Shown: piece after piece, positions 10,851-19,914 of the stretch
How the letters are laid out: every line of letters starts with the position of its first letter
How positions within the stretch are numbered: the first letter of the stretch is position 1
Notes under the pieces: generated by a model
What the model was told of the DNA's origin: nothing
The model's database searches: none
Seen by the model: only the letters and a program-made list of their open reading frames with translations
Made by a program: the position numbers and the translations under genes
Source of the DNA: Dubosiella newyorkensis
Lineage (GTDB): Bacteria; Bacillota_I; Bacilli_A; Erysipelotrichales; Erysipelotrichaceae
Assembly: GCF_001945605.1 (NCBI RefSeq)
Contig: NZ_MPKA01000042.1
Coordinates: 9,874-41,873 of the forward strand
Direction of reading: 5' to 3'
DNA length: 32,000 nt

Positions 10851-11645
10851 ATGAAATTTACAGCATTTTTGATCAAACTCGGCATTTCGGTCCTCATCAT
10901 CTTCGTCTTTTTCGTCTTGGCGCCAAAAGTCAAGCGCTTTGTGATGAACTTTGACAAACATCCTCAAGATCAAGGCGCTATGATGTTTTTGGGCTCGATC
11001 GTTCAAATCAGCATCCAATGCATCGGGATCATCGTGGCTTTAGGACAGCTTGGCGTCGATACCTCCGTGATCGTCGGCGCGTTTTCGGCTATAGGACTAG
11101 GAATCTCGCTCGCCCTCAAAAACAATATGGCCAATGTAGCAGGTGGGATCCAGATCGTCTTGACAAAACCCTTCTTGATTGGCGATTATGTGGAAATCGG
11201 CACGTATGCAGGAACAGTCACATCGATCGATACGATGTTCATGACCCTGCTTTCCGTCAATCGGCAAGAAATCGTCGTTCCAAACGCCACGGTCATTTCA
11301 GAAGTGGTCGTCAATTACTCGAAAGAAAAAAGCCGCCGCATCCAGATCGTCTTGAGCGTAAGCAACACGACCGATGTGAAGGCTTTTATGAATGATCTAG
11401 TCCAGATCATGAACGAGGAAGCGCTCCTCTTAAAAGATCCAGCGCCTTATGCTCGAGTGAGCGCGTTTTTGCCAAACGGAAATGGAATCAATATTACCGC
11501 TTTCGCGTTTGCTCCTGTCGAACACTACTGGGATATCCTTTTTTCCTTAAATTTGAAGTTCCAGCAACTCATGCAAGAAAAACAGATCCAGCAACCAACG
11601 GACGCATTGAGCATTAAATCAGTTGAAGATCTTCAAAAGCCTTGA
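10851..11645 (+). CDS. MscS-family small-conductance mechanosensitive channel
   Basis: Three N-terminal TM helices, then the MscS beta-domain block PFLIGDYVEIGTYAGTVTSIDTMFMTLLSVNRQEIVVPN. Confidence 0.85.
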   Translation: MKFTAFLIKLGISVLIIFVFFVLAPKVKRFVMNFDKHPQDQGAMMFLGSIVQISIQCIGIIVALGQLGVDTSVIVGAFSAIGLGISLALKNNMANVAGGIQIVLTKPFLIGDYVEIGTYAGTVTSIDTMFMTLLSVNRQEIVVPNATVISEVVVNYSKEKSRRIQIVLSVSNTTDVKAFMNDLVQIMNEEALLLKDPAPYARVSAFLPNGNGINITAFAFAPVEHYWDILFSLNLKFQQLMQEKQIQQPTDALSIKSVEDLQKP

Positions 11646-12444
11646 GGATCCCGTTCTCTTCCAAGCTGGCCGTAATGCGGTCGGCTTTTTGTTTGACTTC
11701 TTCAGTCGCGTTACCCATCGCGATCGAAACATCCGCCACATCGAACATACACAAATCATTTTGCGCATCTCCGATCGCGATCAAAGAATCCGCATGAAAA
11801 TAGTCTTTTAAGATCCGCATACCTCGAGCTTTATCGATCCCATACGCCGCGATCTCGCCACTTTCTTTACCAAGCGGAGCAAACGTCGCCTGAATGAGCT
11901 CAAAATCGTTTGAAAGATCGTTCTTGATTTGCGCAAAAGGCGTGTTGGACTCTAAAAACGTGATCTTGACGATCGGATACTGATCGATCGAATTCGTGTC
12001 GATCTCGCTCAAATGCTCATAGACGAGCGTGATCCCATGATTCTTTCGCTCTTCTTCGGATAGGTCTTTGCACCAATGATCCGCGATCGCTTTGACTTTC
12101 TCTTTATCTTGTTTTGAACAATAGATCGCTTCTGGACTTTCGTAAAGAGCGGGAATGTCGTGCGCGTCCATATACGCTTTTAGAGTTTGGATCTGCTCTT
12201 TAGAAAAGGCACACTCGTCCAAGATCGTTTCGCCAACTTTTGTCACGGCTCCAGCGCCCGCCACGATCGCATCATAATCGATCGTCGCAAGATCTCCATA
12301 AATTTCAACGAGCTGTCTTCCAGTGCACAAAATAATCTTATGTCCATTGGCTTGGGCTTTTTGAATTGCTTTTTTTGCAGAATCAGGAATATATCCTTCA
12401 TGATGGAACAAGGTCCCATCGGCATCTAAGAATACGGCTTGCAT
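11614..12444 (-). CDS. Cof-type HAD-IIB phosphatase
   Basis: DADGTL motif I, CTGR motif II and GDAQNDLCMF motif IV. Its 3' end overlaps mscS convergently by 32 nt. Confidence 0.85.
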   Translation of the reverse strand: MQAVFLDADGTLFHHEGYIPDSAKKAIQKAQANGHKIILCTGRQLVEIYGDLATIDYDAIVAGAGAVTKVGETILDECAFSKEQIQTLKAYMDAHDIPALYESPEAIYCSKQDKEKVKAIADHWCKDLSEEERKNHGITLVYEHLSEIDTNSIDQYPIVKITFLESNTPFAQIKNDLSNDFELIQATFAPLGKESGEIAAYGIDKARGMRILKDYFHADSLIAIGDAQNDLCMFDVADVSIAMGNATEEVKQKADRITASLEENGILKAFEDLQLI

Positions 12445-12540
12445 GATCTCCTCCTTGTTTTAGATATAGCTTAACAACGGAAAGGAGAACGTTCAAGAAG
12501 AAATGGTTTCAAACAAACAACTCTATGCTAAAATAGAGCC

Positions 12541-13164
12541 ATGAATATTTATATGTATCTTAGTGAGCCGGCTTTGAATTTGAACGTGCCGGATCGATGC
12601 AAGCCGCTGTGGAACGAGATCATCGCTTTAAGCAAGATCAACAATATGTCGCAAATCGAACAGATCCAGTACTTGCAGAAATATCACGCCCTCCTTGTTG
12701 ACGAGTCTTCGCTCGATCTAGAAAAAATCGAAAAAATGGCAAAAAAAGAGGCGAAAGCCAATCGCTGGCGAAGCACTTTCTGGAAAGAAGAATTCAAAGA
12801 TCTCTTTTCGTTTTTGTTTATCTATTGGGTTTGTGTCGAGCAGCTCTATCCGTATGTGATCGAACGCTTGATCGAAGGGAAGGCGCCGTATACGATCGTT
12901 CCATTCAGCTTAGGCATGCTTGTGAAAGTGATCTGTGTCTATTTGATCTATAAACTGCTGCTTACGTTCATGGCGAAAAGCACGAAGCGTGATAATTGGA
13001 GATTTTGGCTTCCATTCATCGTCTTGTTTTTGGGATACTTAGGAACGATCTTTCTTTCTCATCAACTAAATTCGGTCGTTTTATTCGATTATCCGCTCGT
13101 TGTGGTCGTCGTGGTTTTTGGACTCCTTTTTTTATGGGAGTGGCATAGAAAGGATCGTGTATGA
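12541..13164 (+). CDS. Hypothetical membrane protein (soluble N-terminal ~85 aa, then 3-4 TM helices)
   Basis: ORF with hydrophobic segments. There is no SD. An extended -10, TGcTAAAAT (12526-12534), lies 6 nt before the ATG. No recognisable family. Confidence 0.55.
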   Translation: MNIYMYLSEPALNLNVPDRCKPLWNEIIALSKINNMSQIEQIQYLQKYHALLVDESSLDLEKIEKMAKKEAKANRWRSTFWKEEFKDLFSFLFIYWVCVEQLYPYVIERLIEGKAPYTIVPFSLGMLVKVICVYLIYKLLLTFMAKSTKRDNWRFWLPFIVLFLGYLGTIFLSHQLNSVVLFDYPLVVVVVVFGLLFLWEWHRKDRV

Positions 13165-13868
13165 ATACTTGGATCTATTTAGGATCGATCATTGTTGCCG
13201 GTATCTTATTTGCCCTCATTCCCGAAAACAAGCTAAGAAAGTATCTTTCGATCTTTTCCTTCAAAAAATTCGGGATCCGGAAAAAGAAGCGCTGGAACGC
13301 TTTGATCGACGATTTAGGGAATGGGTTTCAGGTCTTGAGCTTTCTGTTCTGCTTGTTTTTTTGGGCCATTCCCTATTTTGAATATTTCTACGCGCTTTGG
13401 CTCTTTTTTACGCTTTTGTGCGCTCTTTCGCGCGCCTGCTTGATCGCGAGCGCTTTTGGTAAAGGCAAACAGGCGAAAGTCAAAGCGGCTCTCGTGCGAG
13501 TTTTTTTGTTTTATACTGGCTGTATCGGCGGAGCGGCGGCTTTAGGCGCGTTCAATCATGGGATCGCCTACGCGTCGTTTCCGATCTTCCTGGACCATAT
13601 AGAAGCGAGACGTTTCATGGATTATATGTACTTTTTAACGGATCCAACGTTTTTCTTCGTGCTTTTGGAGTTCATTTTGTTGGTGACGCCATTGATGGTG
13701 CTATGGTCGCATTTTCGCTATATGCGGACAGAACGAACGCTTAGAGCGGCCAATATCTATACGTTCGTCTTCAAGATGCTGCTTTTGAATGTTTGTTTAT
13801 TTGGCTTGAGCTATTATGGCTTCTCTTTTATCAATTCTGTTTATCACGTGGAATATACGCAAACTTGA
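13161..13868 (+). CDS. Hypothetical polytopic membrane protein
   Basis: ATGA overlap with the preceding ORF and about 6 hydrophobic helices. No recognisable family. Confidence 0.55.
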   Translation: MNTWIYLGSIIVAGILFALIPENKLRKYLSIFSFKKFGIRKKKRWNALIDDLGNGFQVLSFLFCLFFWAIPYFEYFYALWLFFTLLCALSRACLIASAFGKGKQAKVKAALVRVFLFYTGCIGGAAALGAFNHGIAYASFPIFLDHIEARRFMDYMYFLTDPTFFFVLLEFILLVTPLMVLWSHFRYMRTERTLRAANIYTFVFKMLLLNVCLFGLSYYGFSFINSVYHVEYTQT

Positions 13869-13921
13869 TTTGAGCGTGTATTCTTTTTTTTGTATACTAG
13901 AACAAGAAAGAAGGATGTTTC

Positions 13922-15712
13922 ATGGATAATGTGGTAGAACGTCTTGCCAAGCTTCGCAAGGCGATGGAAGAAGCGCAAGTGAGCGCCTATATCATTCCGA
14001 CTTCGGATTTTCACGATACTGAATATGTATGTGAATATTTTGCGGCTCGCAAATATTTTTCCGGATTTACGGGAAGCGCGGGCACGCTAGTCGTATTAAA
14101 AAACACGGCCGCTCTTTGGACGGATGGTCGTTATTTTATTCAAGCGGCCAAACAGCTGGAAAACAGTGGCATTGAATTGATGAAGATGGGCGTAGAAGGT
14201 ACGCCAAGCATCGAAGAATATATCGTTTCCCATCTTCAAAAAGGGGAAACTGTCGCTTTTGATGGCCGGACGATCAACGTGCTTGAAGCGCGTCGATATG
14301 AACGGTTTTTTAAAGGGCACGATTTGAAGGTCGAGCCTTCTTTGGATCTGATCTCTAAGATCTGGACGGATCGTCCTTCGCTTCCAGATTCAAAAACGTT
14401 TCACTACGATGTGAAATATACCGGAAAAGAAATGGACGAAAAGCTCAAAGAAGTGCGTCAAAAAATGAAAGAGGAAGGGGTTTCTTCGCTCGTTTTGACA
14501 AAGATCGACGAGATCGCATGGCTCTATAACTTAAGAGCTGACGACATCCCTTTCTTTCCTGTAGCGCTGGCGTATACGATCGTTCATGAAGATAGCGCGG
14601 ATCTATATATCGACGATTCTCGTCTAGATGAGCAAAGCAAAGCTCTTTTTGAAAAAAACAACGTCTCGATCAAGCCATACGATGCGATCTATGAGGAGGC
14701 AAAAGAAGTCAAAGCACCAGTCTGGATCGATGCGACAAGCATTAACGCGACTTTGGCCAACAACTTGCCAAACGATCGATACGAGGCGTTTTCGCCAATC
14801 ATCTTGATGAAGGCGTGCAAAAACAGCATCGAGATCGCGAATACGAAAGAAGCCCATTTGAAAGATGGCGCGGCATGTACGAAATTCATGTATTGGATCA
14901 AACAGAATGTCGGTCAAGAAGAAATGAGCGAAATGTCGGCTGCCCAGCACTTGCAAGCGCTGCGTAAAGAACAGCCACTCTATCTAGAAGATAGTTTCAA
15001 TACGATCAGCGCCTATAAAGAAAACGCGGCGATGATGCATTATTCGGCTAGCGAAGACTCGAATGCTCCACTCAAAGCGGAAGGAATGCTTTTGGTCGAT
15101 AGTGGTGGACATTATTTGGATGGCACGACCGATATTACTCGGACCTATGTTCTTGGTCCGATCACACCAGAAGAAAAGTTCTGGTTCACTAAAGCGCTGC
15201 GTGGTCATATTCGTTTAGAGAGAGCGAAATTCTTATATGGGTGCCGCGGCATCAATTTAGATATTTTGGCGCGCGGACCGCTTTGGGAGCTAGATATGGA
15301 TTATCAATGCGGCACGGGTCATGGCGTAGGCCACTTGCTGAGCGTTCATGAAGCGCCGAATGGATTCCGCTGGAAGATCGTGCCAGAACGAAACGATTCT
15401 GCGATCTTGGAAGAAGGGATGATCCAGTCCAACGAGCCTGGTGTTTATGAAGAAGGAAAATTCGGGATCCGCCATGAAAACGAGATGGTCGTTGTCAAAG
15501 GCAATAAAAACAAGTATGGTCAATTTATGGGGTTGGAAACGTTGACGTTCGTTCCTTTTGATCTAGATGGGATCGATCCAAAATTGATGTTGGATGATGA
15601 GATCGAATGGCTCAACGACTATCATCGTCAAGTGTATGAAAAGATCTCGCCTCGTTTGAGCAAGGAAGAGGCGATCTGGTTGAAAGAGGCGACACGTCCG
15701 ATTTCGAAATGA
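13922..15712 (+). CDS. pepP: Xaa-Pro aminopeptidase (M24B, long creatinase-N form)
   Basis: 596-aa product. M24 metal-ligand blocks DSGGHYxDGTTDITRT, GHGVGHxLSVHE and SNEPGxY ... RHEN. Confidence 0.85.
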   Translation: MDNVVERLAKLRKAMEEAQVSAYIIPTSDFHDTEYVCEYFAARKYFSGFTGSAGTLVVLKNTAALWTDGRYFIQAAKQLENSGIELMKMGVEGTPSIEEYIVSHLQKGETVAFDGRTINVLEARRYERFFKGHDLKVEPSLDLISKIWTDRPSLPDSKTFHYDVKYTGKEMDEKLKEVRQKMKEEGVSSLVLTKIDEIAWLYNLRADDIPFFPVALAYTIVHEDSADLYIDDSRLDEQSKALFEKNNVSIKPYDAIYEEAKEVKAPVWIDATSINATLANNLPNDRYEAFSPIILMKACKNSIEIANTKEAHLKDGAACTKFMYWIKQNVGQEEMSEMSAAQHLQALRKEQPLYLEDSFNTISAYKENAAMMHYSASEDSNAPLKAEGMLLVDSGGHYLDGTTDITRTYVLGPITPEEKFWFTKALRGHIRLERAKFLYGCRGINLDILARGPLWELDMDYQCGTGHGVGHLLSVHEAPNGFRWKIVPERNDSAILEEGMIQSNEPGVYEEGKFGIRHENEMVVVKGNKNKYGQFMGLETLTFVPFDLDGIDPKLMLDDEIEWLNDYHRQVYEKISPRLSKEEAIWLKEATRPISK

Positions 15713-16173
15713 AAGCGCGGATGTTCGAAATCGAGTGTCCTTCTTGTCACGAAACCTTCTTTTTGATGCGGGACACGTATTATGTGAAGGGAATGGATCC
15801 TATAGCGGAAGAGCGTTTGCTCAATGGGTCATATTTTATGCATCGTTGTCGTAAATGCGATACAATCTTTACGATCTACCATCCTCTCTTGTTTCGTAGT
15901 CCGAAAAAGTTCAATTTGATCATGAGCAAAAAAAAGCAGATCGAGACGCTCGATGAGAACGAAAAACAATTCGTAGTCAATGATCCCAAAGATTTTATAC
16001 GGTTGTTTCGTATCCTTGTTTATGAAGCGGATCTCAATGTCGTGGACCGTTTGGAAAAATATCTTTCAAATCATGGAGAGCGATTGGTGGAATTTGAAAG
16101 TTTTGATCAAGAACAAGGATTATTTTGGTTTTATGTTGACCATCGTTTGATGGCTGTTCGAACAAAGGAGTAA
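15709..16173 (+). CDS. CpXC-domain-like zinc-ribbon protein
   Basis: CPSC (res 10-13) and CRKC (res 47-50) pairs. ATGA overlap with the pepP stop. Confidence 0.55.
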   Translation: MKARMFEIECPSCHETFFLMRDTYYVKGMDPIAEERLLNGSYFMHRCRKCDTIFTIYHPLLFRSPKKFNLIMSKKKQIETLDENEKQFVVNDPKDFIRLFRILVYEADLNVVDRLEKYLSNHGERLVEFESFDQEQGLFWFYVDHRLMAVRTKE

Positions 16174-16176
16174 ATT

Positions 16177-17196
16177 ATGAAGATTTTAGTAACGGGTGGA
16201 GCGGGTTATATTGGTTCGCATACTTGTGTTGAATTGTTGAATGCTGGTTATGATGTTGTCGTGGTGGATAATTTGAGTAATTCTTCGCCAAAAGCTTTGG
16301 AGCGGGTGGAAAAGATCACCGGAAAGCCTGTCACGTTTTATGAAGCGGATATTTTAGACAAAGAGGCGATGAAAAAGATCTTTGATCAAGAAAAGATCGA
16401 TGCGGTGATCCATTTTGCAGGCTTGAAGGCGGTTGGGGAATCGGTGCATAAGCCGATCGAATACTATACTAACAATATCGCGGGCACGCTTGTGCTTTTG
16501 GAAGCGATGAAAGAGGCGGACGTGAAAAATATCATTTTCTCTTCTTCGGCGACCGTGTATGGCAATCCAGCGCAGATCCCTATTACGGAAGCTTGTCCAA
16601 AAGGCGTATGCACGAATCCGTATGGATGGTCGAAATGGATGTTGGAGCAGATCTTGGAAGATGTCTATAAGGCAGATCCTTCTTGGAACATCATGCTTCT
16701 TCGTTATTTCAATCCGATCGGCGCGCACGAGTCGGGCTTGATTGGAGAGGATCCGAAAGGTATTCCGAACAATTTGCTTCCTTATGTGGCGCAAGTGGCG
16801 ATCGGCAAGCTCAAAGAGGTTGGCGTATTTGGTGATGATTACGACACGCCGGATGGTACGGGTGTCCGCGACTATATTCACGTTGTTGATCTTGCGAAAG
16901 GGCACGTTTTGGCGCTCGATCAAATCAAGGAAAACGCAGGATGCAAAGTGTACAATTTAGGAACGGGGCAAGGCTATAGCGTGCTCGATGTCATCCATGC
17001 CTTCGAAAAGGCGTGTGGTCATGAAATTCCTTATGCGATCAAGCCTAGAAGAGAAGGCGATATCGCGACTTGCTACAGCGAAAGCAAGAAGGCCAAGGAA
17101 GAGCTTGGCTGGAAAGCGCAATATGGTATCGATGAAATGTGCGCTTCGTCTTGGAAATGGCAGTCAATGAATCCGAATGGTTATGAGAGCGAGTAA
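16177..17196 (+). CDS. galE: UDP-glucose 4-epimerase
   Basis: GGAGYIGSH Rossmann motif, the SSSATVYG ... YGWSK catalytic Ser/Tyr/Lys arrangement, and 339 aa. Confidence 0.95.
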   Translation: MKILVTGGAGYIGSHTCVELLNAGYDVVVVDNLSNSSPKALERVEKITGKPVTFYEADILDKEAMKKIFDQEKIDAVIHFAGLKAVGESVHKPIEYYTNNIAGTLVLLEAMKEADVKNIIFSSSATVYGNPAQIPITEACPKGVCTNPYGWSKWMLEQILEDVYKADPSWNIMLLRYFNPIGAHESGLIGEDPKGIPNNLLPYVAQVAIGKLKEVGVFGDDYDTPDGTGVRDYIHVVDLAKGHVLALDQIKENAGCKVYNLGTGQGYSVLDVIHAFEKACGHEIPYAIKPRREGDIATCYSESKKAKEELGWKAQYGIDEMCASSWKWQSMNPNGYESE

Positions 17197-17221
17197 AGCC
17201 TAGCAAGAGGAGAGATTTATA

Positions 17222-17608
17222 ATGAAAAAAACGATGAATGAATTTAAAGAATTTATTGCCAAGGGCAATGTATTCTCTATGGCGGTCGGTGTTGTTATGG
17301 GGGGCGCGTTCACGGCAATCGTCAATGCGATCGTAGAACAGCTCATCACACCTTTGATCGGTTTGATCATGGGTGGCGTCGACTTCAGCAACCTTGCTTT
17401 CAAGGTCGGAGAAGCTTCGTTTGGCTATGGCGCATTCATTCAAGCGGTCGTTAATTTCTTAATCGTCGCTTTGACGATGTTCTTCTTTGTCAAAGCGTTC
17501 GCGAAATTCCAGAAAAAGGAAGAGGTCAAAGAAGAGGTGAAAGAACTTCCTAGCGAGGAAGTCGTTCTTCTCCAGCAGATCCGCGATCTATTAAGCGAAA
17601 AGAAGTAA
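17222..17608 (+). CDS. mscL: Large-conductance mechanosensitive channel
   Basis: EFKEFIAKGNVxxxAVGVVxGxAF N-terminus, two TM helices and 128 aa. Confidence 0.95.
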   Translation: MKKTMNEFKEFIAKGNVFSMAVGVVMGGAFTAIVNAIVEQLITPLIGLIMGGVDFSNLAFKVGEASFGYGAFIQAVVNFLIVALTMFFFVKAFAKFQKKEEVKEEVKELPSEEVVLLQQIRDLLSEKK

Positions 17609-17643
17609 AAAAAATGGAAGTGATCATTCACTTCCTTTTTTTA
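17609..17643. terminator. Bidirectional intrinsic terminator between mscL and the convergent lipoprotein gene
   Basis: ggaagtga-tcat-tcacttcc hairpin flanked by A8 on the left and T8 on the right. Confidence 0.75.
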
Positions 17644-18441
17644 TTTTGAATTGAGTGGTCGAGGAGATTCGTCCAAAACTTCTTCGTAGCTGCTGACATC
17701 GAATACATATTGATCGTTGCCCACTTGTTTCTTTTCGAGCGTACCGGTAAGTTCGGCAATACAACAACCAATGGTTAGTTTAGCGCCTTCTAGACGCAAA
17801 CGGTCTCTTGGATCGTTGATGTTGGATCCGCCTGCCGTTGGATAAATGATTTCATACGGTTGGTTGTTGGAATCGTAGGCAGGCGTTTGAGGAAGGGAGC
17901 CGATGATCGTGATCGTTTGGCCAACATAATCGTCAGGGTCGCTGAGTATAGTGGCGACATCGATGGCGTCTGGTGAAGCTTCGCCAGGATTTTGGGTTTG
18001 TGTTGTGTTGCTTGTTTGTGTGCTGTTTGAAGCAGTTGAAGTATCCGTCGTTTGAGAATTATCGTTTGTTGTTGTTTGTTCATCATTCGCTGCAGCTAAA
18101 TCGCTTTCATCACTGACCACGGTGATCGTAACCGTGTTGCTGGTGATATTGCCTCGTTTGGCAGAGATCGTATACGTTCCTTCTTCGGATGCGGTGAATT
18201 CCGCGTTGTCTTTATTGACTTTCACATTGCCTCCTGAGCTAGTGAAGTCTTTATCGTTCAACTGGATATTGTCTGGGTCCGTATCGATGTGGATGTCGGC
18301 ATCGGTATCAACAAGTACTTTATTGGCTTCCGGATCGAGCTGGATCGATTTTAAAGTTTCTTTTTTGTTGTTGCCATTCGAGCACGCTGTCAAAAGGACA
18401 AGAGTGCACGCTAGGCAAAGTGAAATCATTTTTTTCATCAT
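17641..18441 (-). CDS. Lipoprotein with an Ig-like (Big_2-type) module, a T/N/Q/S-rich linker and a C-terminal beta-rich domain
   Basis: Signal peptide with lipobox LLTAC-S. The ...GTYTISAKRGNITSNTVTITV segment resembles a bacterial Ig-like domain. SD GGAGGT lies upstream. Confidence 0.65.
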   Translation of the reverse strand: MMKKMISLCLACTLVLLTACSNGNNKKETLKSIQLDPEANKVLVDTDADIHIDTDPDNIQLNDKDFTSSGGNVKVNKDNAEFTASEEGTYTISAKRGNITSNTVTITVVSDESDLAAANDEQTTTNDNSQTTDTSTASNSTQTSNTTQTQNPGEASPDAIDVATILSDPDDYVGQTITIIGSLPQTPAYDSNNQPYEIIYPTAGGSNINDPRDRLRLEGAKLTIGCCIAELTGTLEKKQVGNDQYVFDVSSYEEVLDESPRPLNSK

Positions 18442-18563
18442 AAACCTCCATTGATTGATTCTAATATAAATCTGTTTCTTACCATGAAAAAGAAATATGA
18501 CTAACGCAAAAACTATGATATCCGACTGAAAAATGAGTTAGAATATAATCTTTCTTTTTTTGC

Positions 18564-18622
18564 TTCACAAAAGATTAAATATCCGTTAAAATAAGTTCAA
18601 TATTGAAATATTCAATATTGAA
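18564..18622 (+). promoter_or_regulatory. marR promoter (TTCACA-N17-TAAAAT) with two tandem 12-bp palindromes, TTCAATATTGAA
   Basis: -35 at 18564-18569 and -10 at 18587-18592. Perfect palindromes at 18596-18607 and 18611-18622 cover the predicted start site. Confidence 0.45.
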
Positions 18623-18635
18623 GAAAGGGAGAAGG

Positions 18636-19070
18636 ATGAAATCATTGTTTAATATTGGGATCCTTTATAAATCGATGCGTCTCTACAATGAGATGATGAA
18701 GCCATTAGCTAAAAAGCACGATTGTTCTTCGACAATGATCGATATGCTTTTGTTTTTGGGAAACAATCCGGAATATAAGTTTGCGAAAGATATCGTGGAA
18801 GTACGGGGAATCAAGGCCAATTTAGTTTCCATGAATCTAGAAAAGCTAGTCGATCGAGGCTTTGTTCGAGTGTTCGCGAGTCGAAAAGATCGTCGACAAA
18901 AAGAAATTAAAGTGACAAGCAAAGCCGAGCCGATCCTACAAGAAGGACGTTTGATTCAGAAACAGTATTTTAATTGGCTTCTTGAAGGAATCGATCCAGA
19001 AGAGAAGAAAGTTTTTTTGAATGTGTTAAAACAAATTGCGGATCATTTTGATCAGGGGGATGAAAGATGA
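18636..19070 (+). CDS. MarR-family transcriptional regulator
   Basis: wHTH region plus the SRKDRRQKEIKVTSKA wing typical of MarR. The start is placed at ATG 18636 after GGGAGAAGG. The TTG start in the ORF track lies inside the operator. Confidence 0.8.
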   Translation: MKSLFNIGILYKSMRLYNEMMKPLAKKHDCSSTMIDMLLFLGNNPEYKFAKDIVEVRGIKANLVSMNLEKLVDRGFVRVFASRKDRRQKEIKVTSKAEPILQEGRLIQKQYFNWLLEGIDPEEKKVFLNVLKQIADHFDQGDER

Positions 19071-19846
19071 ATGTTTTGTATTTAGTATTGGTGACTTTTT
19101 TTGCGGGCATGGGTGCTGGTTTAGGGACGGGTTTTGCGGGAATGAGCGCGGCTGCCGTCATCACTCCAGTACTTGTGACTTTTTTAGATTTTGAACCGTA
19201 TACGGCTGTTGGCATCGCTTTGTCGAGCGACGTATTGGCGAGCGCGATTTCTGCTTATACGTATGGAAAAAATGGAAACTTAGATATTAAGAATGGGATC
19301 GTGATGATGGTGAGTGTTTTGATCTTTACGGTCGTTGGCAGTTATGTCGCTTCTTTAGTTCCGGCCCAAATGATGGGGAACTTTTCTGTACTGGTGACTT
19401 TGTTTTTAGGAATCAAGTTTATCGTGAAGCCTGTCATGACGAGCAAAGAAGCGATCAAGAGCGAAAGTGTTCAAAAACAAATCGTTCAATCGATTTTGTG
19501 TGGCGTGTTTATCGGTTTTATTTGTGGGTTTGTTGGCGCTGGCGGCGGTATGATGATGCTTTTGATCTTGACGATGATCTTAGGCTATGATTTGAAGACG
19601 GCAGTGGGGACGAGCGTGTTTATCATGGCATTCACGGCTTTGACGGGTGCTGCTTCTCATTTTTGGATCGATGGTCTTCCTCCTCTTGCGCCTTGGCTCT
19701 TATGTATTTTCTTTACGCTTCTTTGGGCGCAGATCGCGGCGAGGATCGCCAACAAGGCAAGTCCGATTCTTTTGAATCGTTTGACAGGAGTCGTCTTGGT
19801 GATCTTGGGCGTTGTCGTATTAGGTTTTGACTTTTTTGTAAAGTGA
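19067..19846 (+). CDS. TauE/SafE-family anion (sulfite/sulfonate) exporter
   Basis: ATGA overlap with marR and about 8 TM helices. The GxGGG-type motif is duplicated (GMGAGLGTGFAG, GFVGAGGGMMM). Confidence 0.8.
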   Translation: MNVLYLVLVTFFAGMGAGLGTGFAGMSAAAVITPVLVTFLDFEPYTAVGIALSSDVLASAISAYTYGKNGNLDIKNGIVMMVSVLIFTVVGSYVASLVPAQMMGNFSVLVTLFLGIKFIVKPVMTSKEAIKSESVQKQIVQSILCGVFIGFICGFVGAGGGMMMLLILTMILGYDLKTAVGTSVFIMAFTALTGAASHFWIDGLPPLAPWLLCIFFTLLWAQIAARIANKASPILLNRLTGVVLVILGVVVLGFDFFVK

Positions 19847-19914
19847 GATAGAAAGCATTCTATTTCTCTTTTTTTTTCGCCTTTTTTTATACTTCTTTTT
19901 TAGGAGGTTTCAAG

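Noticed and set aside
11018-11395. 125-aa Arg-rich plus-strand ORF overlapping mscS in another frame
   Set aside because: It is an alternate-frame shadow of a well-supported MscS CDS, with a biased composition and no SD.
16354-16923. 189-aa minus-strand ORF inside galE
   Set aside because: It is an Arg-rich antisense shadow of galE with no translation signals.
19847-19914. Direct repeats (att sites) flanking the integrase islet
   Set aside because: The only shared strings with 22760-23075 are T-rich low-complexity runs (CTTTTTTTAT), which are indistinguishable from chance.
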